From Propionibacterium freudenreichii subsp. freudenreichii (lineage in GTDB: Bacteria > Actinomycetota > Actinomycetes > Propionibacteriales > Propionibacteriaceae): a DNA stretch of 32,000 nucleotides. The stretch spans positions 750,001-782,000 of the forward strand of contig NZ_CP010341.1 of NCBI RefSeq assembly GCF_000940845.1. The letters run 5' to 3'. The notes under the pieces were generated by a model. That model did not search any database. It was not told the origin of the DNA and was given only the letters and a program-made list of their open reading frames with translations. Positions 18,564 to 26,331 of this stretch are shown piece after piece. The position numbers were made by a program, and so were the translations under genes. How positions within the stretch are numbered: position 1 is the stretch's first letter; every line of letters begins with the position of its first letter.

Positions 18564-20357
18564 ATGTGCGCTCATATTCTTGCCACGGCCGCGTGGCCCT
18601 ATGCCAACGGCCCCCGCCATATCGGTCACGTCTCGGGTTTCGGGGTGCCCTCCGATGTTTTCGCACGGTATATGCGCATGTCCGGTAATGACGTCCTGCT
18701 CGTGTCGGGTTCCGATGAGCACGGCACGGCCATCCAGGTGAAGGCCGATGCCGAGGGGCTCACCGCCCAGGAGACCGCCGACAAGTACCACCGCATCATC
18801 GTGGAGGACCTGCAGGGGCTGGGCCTGTCGTACGACCTGTACACACGGACCACGACGCTCAACCACGAGGCCGTCACCCAGGAGGTGTTCCGCACCCTCT
18901 ACGACAATGGCTACATCATCGAGAAGACCCAGCTCGGGGCCATCTCGCCGAGCACGGGTCGCACGCTGGCCGACCGCTATATCGAGGGCACCTGCCCCAT
19001 CTGCGGCTATGAGTTCGCCCGCGGCGACCAGTGCGACAACTGCGGGAACCAGCTTGATCCGATCGACCTGATCAATCCGCACTCCCGTATTGACGGTGAA
19101 GTTCCCGATTTCGTGGAGACCACGCATTTCTTCCTCGACCTTCCCGCACTCGCCGAGGAACTGATGACCTGGCTGAACTCACGCAAGGACTGGCGTCCCA
19201 ATGTGTTGAACTTCAGCTACAACTTCGCCAAGGAGCTCAAGCCGCGGGCCATCACCCGTGACCTCGACTGGGGCATCCCGATCCCGGTTGAGGGCTGGGA
19301 GAACGACGACATGAAGCGCATCTACGTGTGGTTCGACGCCGTGATCGGTTACCTGTCGGGTTCCATCGAATGGGCGCGGCGCACCGGCGACCCCGATGCC
19401 TGGAAGGCCTGGTGGCAGGACCCCGAGGCCCGCAGCTACTACTTCATGGGCAAGGACAACATCGTCTTCCACTCGGTGATCTGGCCCTCCATGCTGTTGG
19501 GGCTCAACGGTGAGGGTTCGCGGGGCGGCACGCCCAGCAAGTGGCTCGGCAAGCTCGACCTGCCCACCGAGGTGGTCAGCTCGGAGTTCCTCACGATGAA
19601 GGGCTCCAAGGTGGACACCAGCCACGGTGTGGTGATCTATGTGGGCGACTTCCTGCGCGAATTCGGACCCGACACGCTGCGCTATTACATTGCGGTGGCC
19701 GGCCCGGAGAACAAGGACACCGATTTCACCTGGGATGAATTCGTGCGGCGCAACAACAATGAGCTCGCCAATGAGTGGGGCAATCTCGTGAACCGCTCCT
19801 TGTCGATGGCCTTCAAGAACAATGGCGAGATTCCGCCGGCCCATGAGCTGCTCAATGTCGACGCCGAGCTGCTGGCCAGCTCGAAGGCGGCATTCATCAC
19901 GGTGGGCAAGCTCATCGAGGAGTGCAAGTTCAAGGCGGCGATCACCGAGGCGATGCGCGTGGTGGCCACCGCCAATCAGTACATCAGCCAGCAGGAGCCG
20001 TGGAAGCTCGGCGATGACACCGATCGGCGCGACACCGTGCTCAACACCGCCCTGCAGGTGGTGTCCGATGCGAACACGCTGCTCACCCCGTTCATGCCGC
20101 ATTCGGCACAGAAGATCTTCGAGATGTTGGGCGGCACCGGCGTGTGGGCGGCCCAGCCCGAGATCCGTGAGGTGTCGGAGGGCGAGGGCGACCAGGAGCA
20201 CAGCTACCCCGTGCTGATGGGTGACTATGACTCGGCCCAGGCGGTCTGGCAGTCGTTGCCCATCAAGGTCGGCACCCCGCTGACCAAGCCGGTGCCGTTG
20301 TTCCGCAAGCTGGACGAGGCACTGGCCGAGAACGGTCCGGAGTGGGCCAAGCTCTGA
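18564..20357 (+). CDS. metG: Methionine--tRNA ligase
   Basis: The class I HIGH motif appears as [11 protein letters not shown]. There is a Zn knuckle ([18 protein letters not shown]), a KMSKS-equivalent (MKGSKVDTS) and an anticodon-binding helical region. The start is ATG 18564; the listed 18330 start is an extension antisense to the neighbouring gene. Confidence 0.93.
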   Translation: MCAHILATAAWPYANGPRHIGHVSGFGVPSDVFARYMRMSGNDVLLVSGSDEHGTAIQVKADAEGLTAQETADKYHRIIVEDLQGLGLSYDLYTRTTTLNHEAVTQEVFRTLYDNGYIIEKTQLGAISPSTGRTLADRYIEGTCPICGYEFARGDQCDNCGNQLDPIDLINPHSRIDGEVPDFVETTHFFLDLPALAEELMTWLNSRKDWRPNVLNFSYNFAKELKPRAITRDLDWGIPIPVEGWENDDMKRIYVWFDAVIGYLSGSIEWARRTGDPDAWKAWWQDPEARSYYFMGKDNIVFHSVIWPSMLLGLNGEGSRGGTPSKWLGKLDLPTEVVSSEFLTMKGSKVDTSHGVVIYVGDFLREFGPDTLRYYIAVAGPENKDTDFTWDEFVRRNNNELANEWGNLVNRSLSMAFKNNGEIPPAHELLNVDAELLASSKAAFITVGKLIEECKFKAAITEAMRVVATANQYISQQEPWKLGDDTDRRDTVLNTALQVVSDANTLLTPFMPHSAQKIFEMLGGTGVWAAQPEIREVSEGEGDQEHSYPVLMGDYDSAQAVWQSLPIKVGTPLTKPVPLFRKLDEALAENGPEWAKL

Positions 20358-20385
20358 GTCGGGGGCATCGCGTCACCTGCCCGGG

Positions 20386-20430
20386 CTGCTCGCCGCCGGC
20401 TTCGGCTGAGGGCGAGCAGGCTTGGTTTCG
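20386..20430 (+). terminator. Candidate intrinsic terminator of metG
   Basis: A 9-bp stem (CTGCTCGCC / GGCGAGCAG) encloses an inner GCCG/CGGC stem. It is followed by GCTTGGTTTCG and begins 29 nt after the metG stop. Confidence 0.55.
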
Positions 20431-20473
20431 GGGCGTGCCGACTTAGGCTGGGCCAGTCAGGGTCCGAGTCACT

Positions 20474-20566
20474 GGGGCATCGAGCCACAGGGACATTGGG
20501 CCACAGGGGCATCGAGCCACACGGGCATGGGCCGCAGGAACAGCCCGGGCACGATGGCCCGGCCAA
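20474..20566. repeat. Degenerate 16/15-bp tandem array, about 6 units
   Basis: Units: ggggcatcgagccaca / gggacattgggccaca / ggggcatcgagccaca / cgggcatgggccgca / ggaacagcccgggca / cgatggcccggccaa. It ends just before the RBS of the sirtuin gene. Confidence 0.85.
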
Positions 20567-20584
20567 CCAGCAGGGGAGTGATGC

Positions 20585-21508
20585 ATGAGCAGCGAGGCGA
20601 TCAGTCGGTTTGCCCGCAGCCATGTGCGTCGCGCCACCAGTGGCTGGCAGCCGTCAACCAACCTGCGTGGCGACGTCGACCAGGCGCGTGAGCTGATCTC
20701 GGGGGCGGCCGGGGTGGTGGTGCTCACCGGTGCCGGCATGAGCACCGGCTCGGGAGTGCCCGACTACCGCGGTCCCGATTCGATCCGCGCCACGCCGATC
20801 CTGTACCACGAGTTCCGTCACGATCCGGTGGCCCGGCAGCGCTATTGGGCCAGGAATTATCAGGGCTGGGCCGTCATGTCGAGGGCACAACCCAATGAGG
20901 GGCACCGCGCGCTGTCCCGCTGGGAGCACACTGGCTCGCCCAGCCCGCTGGTCGGGGTGATCTCACAGAACGTCGACGGGCTGCACGAGGCCTCCGGTAC
21001 GCGTCAACTGCTCACCCTGCACGGACGCGGCGCCGATGTGATCTGCCTTGATTGTGCCCGGATGTTCCCGCGTGCCGACATGCAGCAGTGGATGGCTGCG
21101 CTCAATCCCGGGGTGCCGATGAACGATCACCTGGGGCCGGCCGAGCTGCGTCCCGACGCCGACGCCGAGGTGGAGAACTGGCAGGGCTTCCGGGTGCCGC
21201 CCTGCCCGGCCTGCGGCGGGATGTTGAAGCCCGATGTGATCTTCTTCGGCGAGCCGGTGCCGCGCGGACGCGTCGCCGCCGCCTTCGCCTGGTGTGACGC
21301 CGCCGATGTGCTGCTGGTGGCCGGGTCGAGCCTCACCGTGATGTCGGGCCTGCGGTTTGCCCGGCACATGAACAAGGCCGGCAAGCCGGTGATCATCATC
21401 AACCATGGCGCCACCCGCGCCGATGAGTTCGCCACCGTGCGCCTCGACGAGGACACCACCCGCGTGCTGCCCGAGCTGGTCGGATTCGGCGGCACCGACC
21501 GGCGCTAG
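20585..21508 (+). CDS. NAD-dependent protein deacylase, Sir2 family (class II / SIRT4-like)
   Basis: LTGAGMSTGSGVPDYRGP, QNVDGLH, TLHG. The Zn ribbon reads CLDC ... CPACGG, and LKPDVIFFGE and VAGSSLTV follow. ATG 20585 is preceded by GGGGAG. Confidence 0.88.
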   Translation: MSSEAISRFARSHVRRATSGWQPSTNLRGDVDQARELISGAAGVVVLTGAGMSTGSGVPDYRGPDSIRATPILYHEFRHDPVARQRYWARNYQGWAVMSRAQPNEGHRALSRWEHTGSPSPLVGVISQNVDGLHEASGTRQLLTLHGRGADVICLDCARMFPRADMQQWMAALNPGVPMNDHLGPAELRPDADAEVENWQGFRVPPCPACGGMLKPDVIFFGEPVPRGRVAAAFAWCDAADVLLVAGSSLTVMSGLRFARHMNKAGKPVIIINHGATRADEFATVRLDEDTTRVLPELVGFGGTDRR

Positions 21509-21526
21509 GCGGACGCGGGGCCGGGC

Positions 21527-22171
21527 TCAGTCGGTGAAGGCCGACACGTGGAGCTGCCCGTTCACATAACGGGCCATGTACACCTGACGCAGCGTGGTGC
21601 CGGCCCTGCCCAACTGGTCATCGAGCCATTCCTGGTTCTTGCCGGTCAGCTCGAGGGCATATTCGTCGATCTGCCCGTCGAGGATGATCGGGAACTGCGT
21701 CAGGTCGTCGCCCTCCATGGTGACCGTCAGCTGGCCGTTCTGCTCAAGCACGGCACGACGCACCTTCGCCATGTCGGTGGCGCCGCTGTTGCGCAGCTTG
21801 AGCGCCAGGTCGTGGGCCGAGACGCCCAGTCGTGCCAGTTGCGCCACGTCCAGGCGTCCATCACGCAGCACCTCGGTGGGTTCCCCGTCGATCACGTGCT
21901 TGACCAGGCGCACATGGTTTGACCCGAACTTCGCGCCCAGCACGATGAGCGTCCACAACAACAACACGATGAGGAACTGGATGGGCGTGATGGCGGAGTT
22001 GTAGATCATGCCGCCGACGATTCCGCCCAGCACATAGTTCTGCAGCTGGTCGATCGCGGAGTTGGGGGCCAGCATGCCCTTGCCCGAGAGGTTGATCTGC
22101 AACACGAGGCAGATGAAGCCCAGGGCGAGCTTGAGCGCCAGCGCCCAGAAGTCGTAGGGGACCATGGTCAT
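21527..22171 (-). CDS. DUF421 (YetF-like) membrane protein
   Basis: The N-terminal TM region is followed by the motif run LVKHVIDGEPTEVLRDGRLDVAQLARLGVSAHDLALKLR ... AVLEQNGQLTV, typical of DUF421. Its start overlaps the upstream gene's stop by 4 nt. Confidence 0.8.
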   Translation of the reverse strand: MTMVPYDFWALALKLALGFICLVLQINLSGKGMLAPNSAIDQLQNYVLGGIVGGMIYNSAITPIQFLIVLLLWTLIVLGAKFGSNHVRLVKHVIDGEPTEVLRDGRLDVAQLARLGVSAHDLALKLRNSGATDMAKVRRAVLEQNGQLTVTMEGDDLTQFPIILDGQIDEYALELTGKNQEWLDDQLGRAGTTLRQVYMARYVNGQLHVSAFTD

Positions 22172-22623
22172 TTCACGTACTCGATCTGTGAGTTCATCAG
22201 CTGGGTGCGGGTGAGCTGGTAGCTGCCGATGTTCTTGTCGTTGTTGAAGGTGACCTCGTAGAAGCTCTTGTCACCCACCTTGATGATCAGTCCGGTGGAC
22301 AGATTGGTCTGGCTCACCGCGATGTCGCCGGTGGTGGAGTACTGCGCCTGCGCCACGTTGTCGATGAAGCTCATCATCTTGCCGGAGTTGTCCAGCGAGG
22401 CCTGCGACTCGAAGAAGTCCGTGGCCTGCATGGCCATGGCCAGCGCGGCGACCAACGAGACGATGATGAGCATCTCGCGCACCCTCATATCGCTACGGCG
22501 ATGTCGGTAGAGGACGAGCAGCACCACCAGCGCCGCCAGGATCGCCCCGATCACCACCAGGCGCCAGTACAGGCCGGCATTGGTGGAGTTGGCCTGGAAA
22601 TACGAGTAGGTCCACATCTTCAT
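22168..22623 (-). CDS. DUF3290 family membrane protein
   Basis: 151 aa with two TM helices, then a soluble tail ending in ... YEVTFNNDKNIGSYQLTRTQLMNSQIEYVK. This closely resembles the DUF3290 proteins paired with DUF421 genes in Firmicutes. Confidence 0.72.
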   Translation of the reverse strand: MKMWTYSYFQANSTNAGLYWRLVVIGAILAALVVLLVLYRHRRSDMRVREMLIIVSLVAALAMAMQATDFFESQASLDNSGKMMSFIDNVAQAQYSTTGDIAVSQTNLSTGLIIKVGDKSFYEVTFNNDKNIGSYQLTRTQLMNSQIEYVK

Positions 22624-22795
22624 GCGCGGGGTTTCCTTTCATCCGGTCCGGACGACGGCACCGGCGGGGTGGGTTCGGCTGGCTGGCGCATCGCGGCGGC
22701 AGCTCACAGTACAGGTGGCCCTGCGCGGTGCCGGGTCGGGTGTGCCGGGGGGTGTGAGTGGCGCCATGTCGCGGCGCAGGCTCCTGCCCGCACCG

Positions 22796-23161
22796 TCAAT
22801 GGCTGCTCTGGGACGCCAGCTTGGTGCGGTAGACGTCGATCTTGTCATCGAGGAACGCCAGTTGCTCGTCGAGGCGACGACGCCGGGCCTCGAGTTCACC
22901 GCGATGGCTCTGCAGCATGGCAAGGCGCACCGGCACGGTGGAATCGCCCTCATGGCGCAACTGGGAGTATTCCTGCACCTGGGCCAGGGGCATCCCGGTG
23001 TCGAGCAGCCGCTGGACGGCCCGGATCCACGCGATGTCGTGGTCGGTGTAGTCACGGTCGCCGACGTCGGAGCGGGAGGGCTCCAGGATGCCGCGTCGTT
23101 CGTAGTAGCGCAGCGTCGACGCGGGGATTCCGGTGATCTGGCTGACCTCACTGATGCGCAT
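22796..23161 (-). CDS. MerR family transcriptional regulator
   Basis: The N-terminal wHTH MRISEVSQITGIPASTLRYYERRGIL is followed by a coiled-coil dimerisation helix. The start is ATG 23161; an upstream in-frame GTG at 23176 is also possible. Confidence 0.88.
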   Translation of the reverse strand: MRISEVSQITGIPASTLRYYERRGILEPSRSDVGDRDYTDHDIAWIRAVQRLLDTGMPLAQVQEYSQLRHEGDSTVPVRLAMLQSHRGELEARRRRLDEQLAFLDDKIDVYRTKLASQSSH

Positions 23162-23186
23162 GGGGCGATCATCCACCGAATCGCGC

Positions 23187-23217
23187 TTGCCTTGAACCCT
23201 GGTTCAAACCCTAGCGT
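23187..23217 (+). promoter_or_regulatory. MerR-type promoter/operator for the CMD gene
   Basis: Elements are -35 TTGCCT (23187-23192), a 19-nt spacer and -10 TAGCGT (23212-23217). The spacer contains the perfect dyad TTGAACC-CT-GGTTCAA (23192-23207). Confidence 0.55.
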
Positions 23218-23273
23218 CGCAGTCGCCGGAGCCATCCGGCAGATAACCAGTCCTTCCAAGGAGACGCACGTCC

Positions 23274-23681
23274 ATGACTGACAATCACACGACCAACGAA
23301 CGCTATGACCGCGGGCTTGAGGCACTCAACCGCATCAATGGGAACAACGGGAACCAGGTGCTCGATTCGCTGGCCGATGTCGCGCCCGATCTGGGGCGTT
23401 GGATCATCGAGCAGGCCGGCGACGTCTACCCCCGTCCGGAGTTGGACATGCGCCAACGCGAGTTGGTGACGCTGGCAAGCCTGACGACCCAGGGCGACAC
23501 GCACGACCAGCTCGTGGTGCACATCAACGGGGCCCTCAACGTGGGGCTGTCCCGCGCAGAAGTCACCGAGGCATTCCTGCACTGCGTGCCCTATGTCGGC
23601 TTTCCCAAGGTGCTCAATGCGGTGAGCGTGCTGCGCGAGGTGCTGGCGACGCGCGGGGCCGGGGCGCCGAGCGCGTCATGA
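23274..23681 (+). CDS. Carboxymuconolactone decarboxylase (CMD/AhpD-like) family protein
   Basis: The CMD-domain pattern is RPELDMRQRELVTLASLTTQGDTHDQLVVHINGALNVGLSRAEVTEAFLHCVPYVGFP. An AAGGAG RBS lies 10 nt upstream of ATG 23274. Confidence 0.85.
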   Translation: MTDNHTTNERYDRGLEALNRINGNNGNQVLDSLADVAPDLGRWIIEQAGDVYPRPELDMRQRELVTLASLTTQGDTHDQLVVHINGALNVGLSRAEVTEAFLHCVPYVGFPKVLNAVSVLREVLATRGAGAPSAS

Positions 23682-23848
23682 GCACGAGCCGATTCGTCGC
23701 CGAGCTGGCCGATCTGATCTCTGCCAGCCATCGGATCGTGGCCTTCTCCGGAGCAGGAGCCTCCACCGGCTCTGGGATCCCCGACCTGGCCGGCATTGAC
23801 CAGGTCCTGCGGGCCGATTGGGGGTTCAGCGGCTCGGTGTTCACTTGA
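23678..23848 (+). pseudogene. Truncated Sir2-family gene (N-terminal 56 codons only)
   Basis: It starts in an ATGA overlap with the CMD stop. It encodes RIVAFSGAGASTGSGIPD, the Rossmann GAG motif of sirtuins. Similarity is then lost and the ORF stops at 23846-23848, exactly where G+C drops. Confidence 0.65.
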
Positions 23849-23857
23849 CCATAGATT

Positions 23858-24095
23858 TTGTGTATCGTGCCAACATCACAACACAAAGTCTCCGTCAAGG
23901 GATATGGGGTAATCATGCATCTTCGCAAGAATGGTATTGCTAACCGATCTCGGATACCTGTTAATAGTGTTGTGTGGATACCACTATCCTTGCTCTTGTC
24001 GTGGCTGATTGTTTTTCGAGCTGATTGGGGAGACCAGCCGGTTCTAGGGTGGATAGTCATGGCGATCATATGTGTGGTCGTTGCCAGTCTATCCT
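23858..24095 (+). pseudogene. 5' part of a small low-GC membrane-protein gene (gene A) split by ISL3 copy 1
   Basis: The ORF (TTG 23858 or ATG 23915) encodes two TM helices. It runs into the IS end at 24096. The reading frame resumes at 25543 once the IS and one TSD copy are removed. Confidence 0.7.
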
Positions 24096-25534
24096 GGCTC
24101 ATCCCAATCGGGGGTGTAGGAGTTGGGGTCTGAAGCCGCCGGTCTCGAGCAGGCTTCGGGCGATGTAGTTGGTCAGGTTGCGGAACCCGAGTGCGGAGCC
24201 GCGCAGGTGTTCGAGCCGTCCGTTGAGCGCCTCGGTCGGCCCGTTGCTGGTGCCGGGTCGTTCGAAGTAGGCGAGCACGTCAGCGGCTCGCTTCTTCAGG
24301 GTCCGGCCCAGGGTGGTGAGCTCGGTGAGCACCTTGGGGACGCCGGCGCTGAGGTCGGTGATCAGCTTCTCCATGAGCTCGCGGCCACGTTGCCGGTCCT
24401 CGTGGCGATAGGCGGCGATCATGCGCTGGTAGACACCCCAGGTCGCCTCGACCTCGACGTGAGCGTCATCAACGAACAGCGCGCGTAGCCTGTCGCTCTG
24501 CTTGTCGGTGAGCAGGTCCGCGCCGGTGTGCAGCGTGCGCCGCGACTTGTAGAGCGGGTCGTCCCTGAACCCACGGTGCCCGTGGATCGCGAGTTGGACC
24601 CGGCGCCGGCACCTGTCGAGGGCGTCACCGGCCAGGCGCACGACGTGGAAGGGATCCATCACCGTGACCGCGTCCGGGATCTCCTCTGCAGCGGCGGTCT
24701 TGAACCCGGTGAAGCCGTCCATCGCGACCACCTCGACCGCGTCACGGAAGGCGTCGTCGCGGTCGGCGAGCCAGGTCTTGAACGCCGCCTTCGACCGGCC
24801 CTCGACCATGTCCAGCAGCCTTGCTGGGCCGGCGCCATCGCGGACCGGGGTGAGGTCGATGATCACGGTGACGTACTTGTCGCCACGCCTGGTGTGGCGC
24901 CAGACGTGCTCATCGACGCCAATGACCTTCACGCCCTCAAACCGCGTGGGGTCGTTGATCAGCAGCCGCTTGCCTTCAGCCAGGACCGCGTTGTTGGCGG
25001 TGTCCCACGCGACCCCGAGTCCCTCGGCGACACGGGCGACGGTGAGGTGTGCGACCACGATCCCTTCCAGCGCCCACCGCAGCCCGGTGCGCGAGAGCTT
25101 CGCGCGTGGCTCCGCCGCGGCGCTGGTGTCTTGGCGCCACACGTGTCCGCAGTCGGCACAGCGGTAGCGGCGCACTACAACTTCCAGCACGGTCGGTCGC
25201 CAGCCCAGCGGCTCGTGGGCCAACCGCCGGATCACGGTGTCACGAGCAGCGCCTTCGCTGCCGCACCGTCGGCACCACTGATCTGGTTCCACCACGCGGC
25301 ACGCGAGGACCGCACGATCCGGTTCAAGTCGTTGTCCGGTCACGCTCAGACCGAGGCCGTCGAGTCGAGCGAAGGCGGTCAGGTCAGGGCGGCCGAAGCC
25401 GGCCGGCGGGGTAGCGTCGGACACGTCGAGGTCTTTCGGATGGATGGCGTAGGAACCTCCATCGTCGGGAGACCTCGACGTCTATCTGCGGACCGACGCG
25501 CCCGGCCGACCTACACCCTCATCTGAGAAGACCC
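24096..25534 (-). mobile_element. ISL3-family insertion sequence, copy 1 (1,439 bp)
   Basis: Imperfect ~25-bp terminal inverted repeats (GGCTCATCCCAATCGGGGGTGTAGG vs the reverse complement of the right end, GGGTCTTCTCAGATGAGGGTGTAGG; 18/25 match). It is flanked by a perfect 8-bp direct repeat TCTATCCT (24088-24095 and 25535-25542). Confidence 0.92.
24099..25424 (-). CDS. ISL3 family transposase
   Basis: 441 aa with an N-terminal Zn-finger region (CRRCG ... CADCG) and a DDE domain (GVDEH ... VAMDGF ...), typical of ISL3. It has a GTG start, and its stop codon lies inside the terminal inverted repeat. Confidence 0.92.
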   Translation of the reverse strand: MSDATPPAGFGRPDLTAFARLDGLGLSVTGQRLEPDRAVLACRVVEPDQWCRRCGSEGAARDTVIRRLAHEPLGWRPTVLEVVVRRYRCADCGHVWRQDTSAAAEPRAKLSRTGLRWALEGIVVAHLTVARVAEGLGVAWDTANNAVLAEGKRLLINDPTRFEGVKVIGVDEHVWRHTRRGDKYVTVIIDLTPVRDGAGPARLLDMVEGRSKAAFKTWLADRDDAFRDAVEVVAMDGFTGFKTAAAEEIPDAVTVMDPFHVVRLAGDALDRCRRRVQLAIHGHRGFRDDPLYKSRRTLHTGADLLTDKQSDRLRALFVDDAHVEVEATWGVYQRMIAAYRHEDRQRGRELMEKLITDLSAGVPKVLTELTTLGRTLKKRAADVLAYFERPGTSNGPTEALNGRLEHLRGSALGFRNLTNYIARSLLETGGFRPQLLHPRLG

Positions 25535-25542
25535 TCTATCCT

Positions 25543-25772
25543 TTGCGTGTCTTTGTCACTCGGGTCTGATTCGGCTGAGCGGAAAGAAGCATTTTAACGG
25601 ACCTGTTGCACTATTCTTTGGGGTTTCATCGTTGGTAGCCATCATATTGGGAGGGGTGGCCGCCAGTTCAATTAATAGCATCGGGTCTGACAGAACGCCA
25701 ATGCGGCTGATAAGTATTCAGGGAGTCCCAACGGTCGTCAAATTTGATAAAAACATGGTACTTTTCCGGTGA
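25543..25772 (+). pseudogene. 3' part of gene A (split by ISL3 copy 1)
   Basis: It continues the 23858-24095 frame: ttt (t24095 + tt25543-4) then gcg tgt ctt ... It encodes two more TM helices and the tail ... ISIQGVPTVVKFDKNMVLFR. It ends in TGA-TAG (25770-25775). Confidence 0.7.
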
Positions 25773-25793
25773 TAGTTCGTCCGAGGGGTTAGC

Positions 25794-26297
25794 GTGCTTA
25801 GAAGGACGAGCATTCGCGTTGAGAATTCAGGGGGAAAGTATATTGCATTTGACAACGGAAGAAGGATTGGGGAAATCAATCTCGGAGAGACGAAGTATCT
25901 TCCCGAGACTGACACGGAGGAGAATCTCAGCCTATTTGTCGGGGCGGCGCTGATTCTCACGCCGGTACCTCTCGGGCTCCTTGCGTGTTGTGCCCTTCGC
26001 CGACCCGAGGGGATCCGACGCCTAGCGTGGACGAACATTTACGCGAGAGCGGCAGTCTCGATGGCAGCTTGGATTCTTCTGTTCTCCATAACGGGCGCCG
26101 GCGGGATCAATGACATCGATGCAATCGGGTGGGCGATGGGGCTGATCGCAGCGTTCTCTCTTCTGGGGTCATGGGTGGGCGTGGTCATTGTATGGCGAGA
26201 ATCGTTGCTCGTTCTTGGAAGGCAGCCGCTGCGGAAAATATGGGGAGTCGTTGCGCAGCAATGTCTTTCGGTCTATATGCGTCAGGACTACGAATAA
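25794..26297 (+). CDS. Hypothetical membrane protein (low-GC cassette, gene C)
   Basis: 167-aa ORF with a GTG start. The ~45-aa soluble N-terminus (IRVENSGGKYIAFDNGRRIGEINLGETKYL) is followed by about 3 TM helices. I recognise no family. Confidence 0.55.
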   Translation: MLRRTSIRVENSGGKYIAFDNGRRIGEINLGETKYLPETDTEENLSLFVGAALILTPVPLGLLACCALRRPEGIRRLAWTNIYARAAVSMAAWILLFSITGAGGINDIDAIGWAMGLIAAFSLLGSWVGVVIVWRESLLVLGRQPLRKIWGVVAQQCLSVYMRQDYE

Positions 26298-26331
26298 TGC
26301 AGAGACCCGAGGCGGGGTGTGGCACCTTGGG

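Noticed and set aside
20585-21508. The Sir2-family gene as an anti-phage SIR2 effector (Thoeris, DSR or SIR2-HerA-like).
   Set aside because: It has the complete deacylase architecture, including the Zn ribbon and class-II motifs. It has no fused sensor domain and no partner gene, and its neighbours are metG and a convergent membrane-protein operon. This is consistent with a housekeeping sirtuin.
23192-23211. A tRNA T-arm-like string, GGTTCAAACC.
   Set aside because: The flanks do not form acceptor, D or anticodon stems. The sequence is half of the 7-2-7 dyad in the MerR-type promoter spacer.
24528-25526. A 332-aa ORF on the plus strand inside each ISL3 copy (also 29080-30078), plus smaller internal ORFs.
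   Set aside because: It is antisense to the transposase gene, shows GC-rich shadow-ORF composition and has no recognisable domain.
25770-25796. Programmed stop-codon read-through joining gene A to gene C (same frame).
   Set aside because: Two consecutive stops (TGA TAG) make read-through implausible. Gene C also has its own in-frame GTG start.
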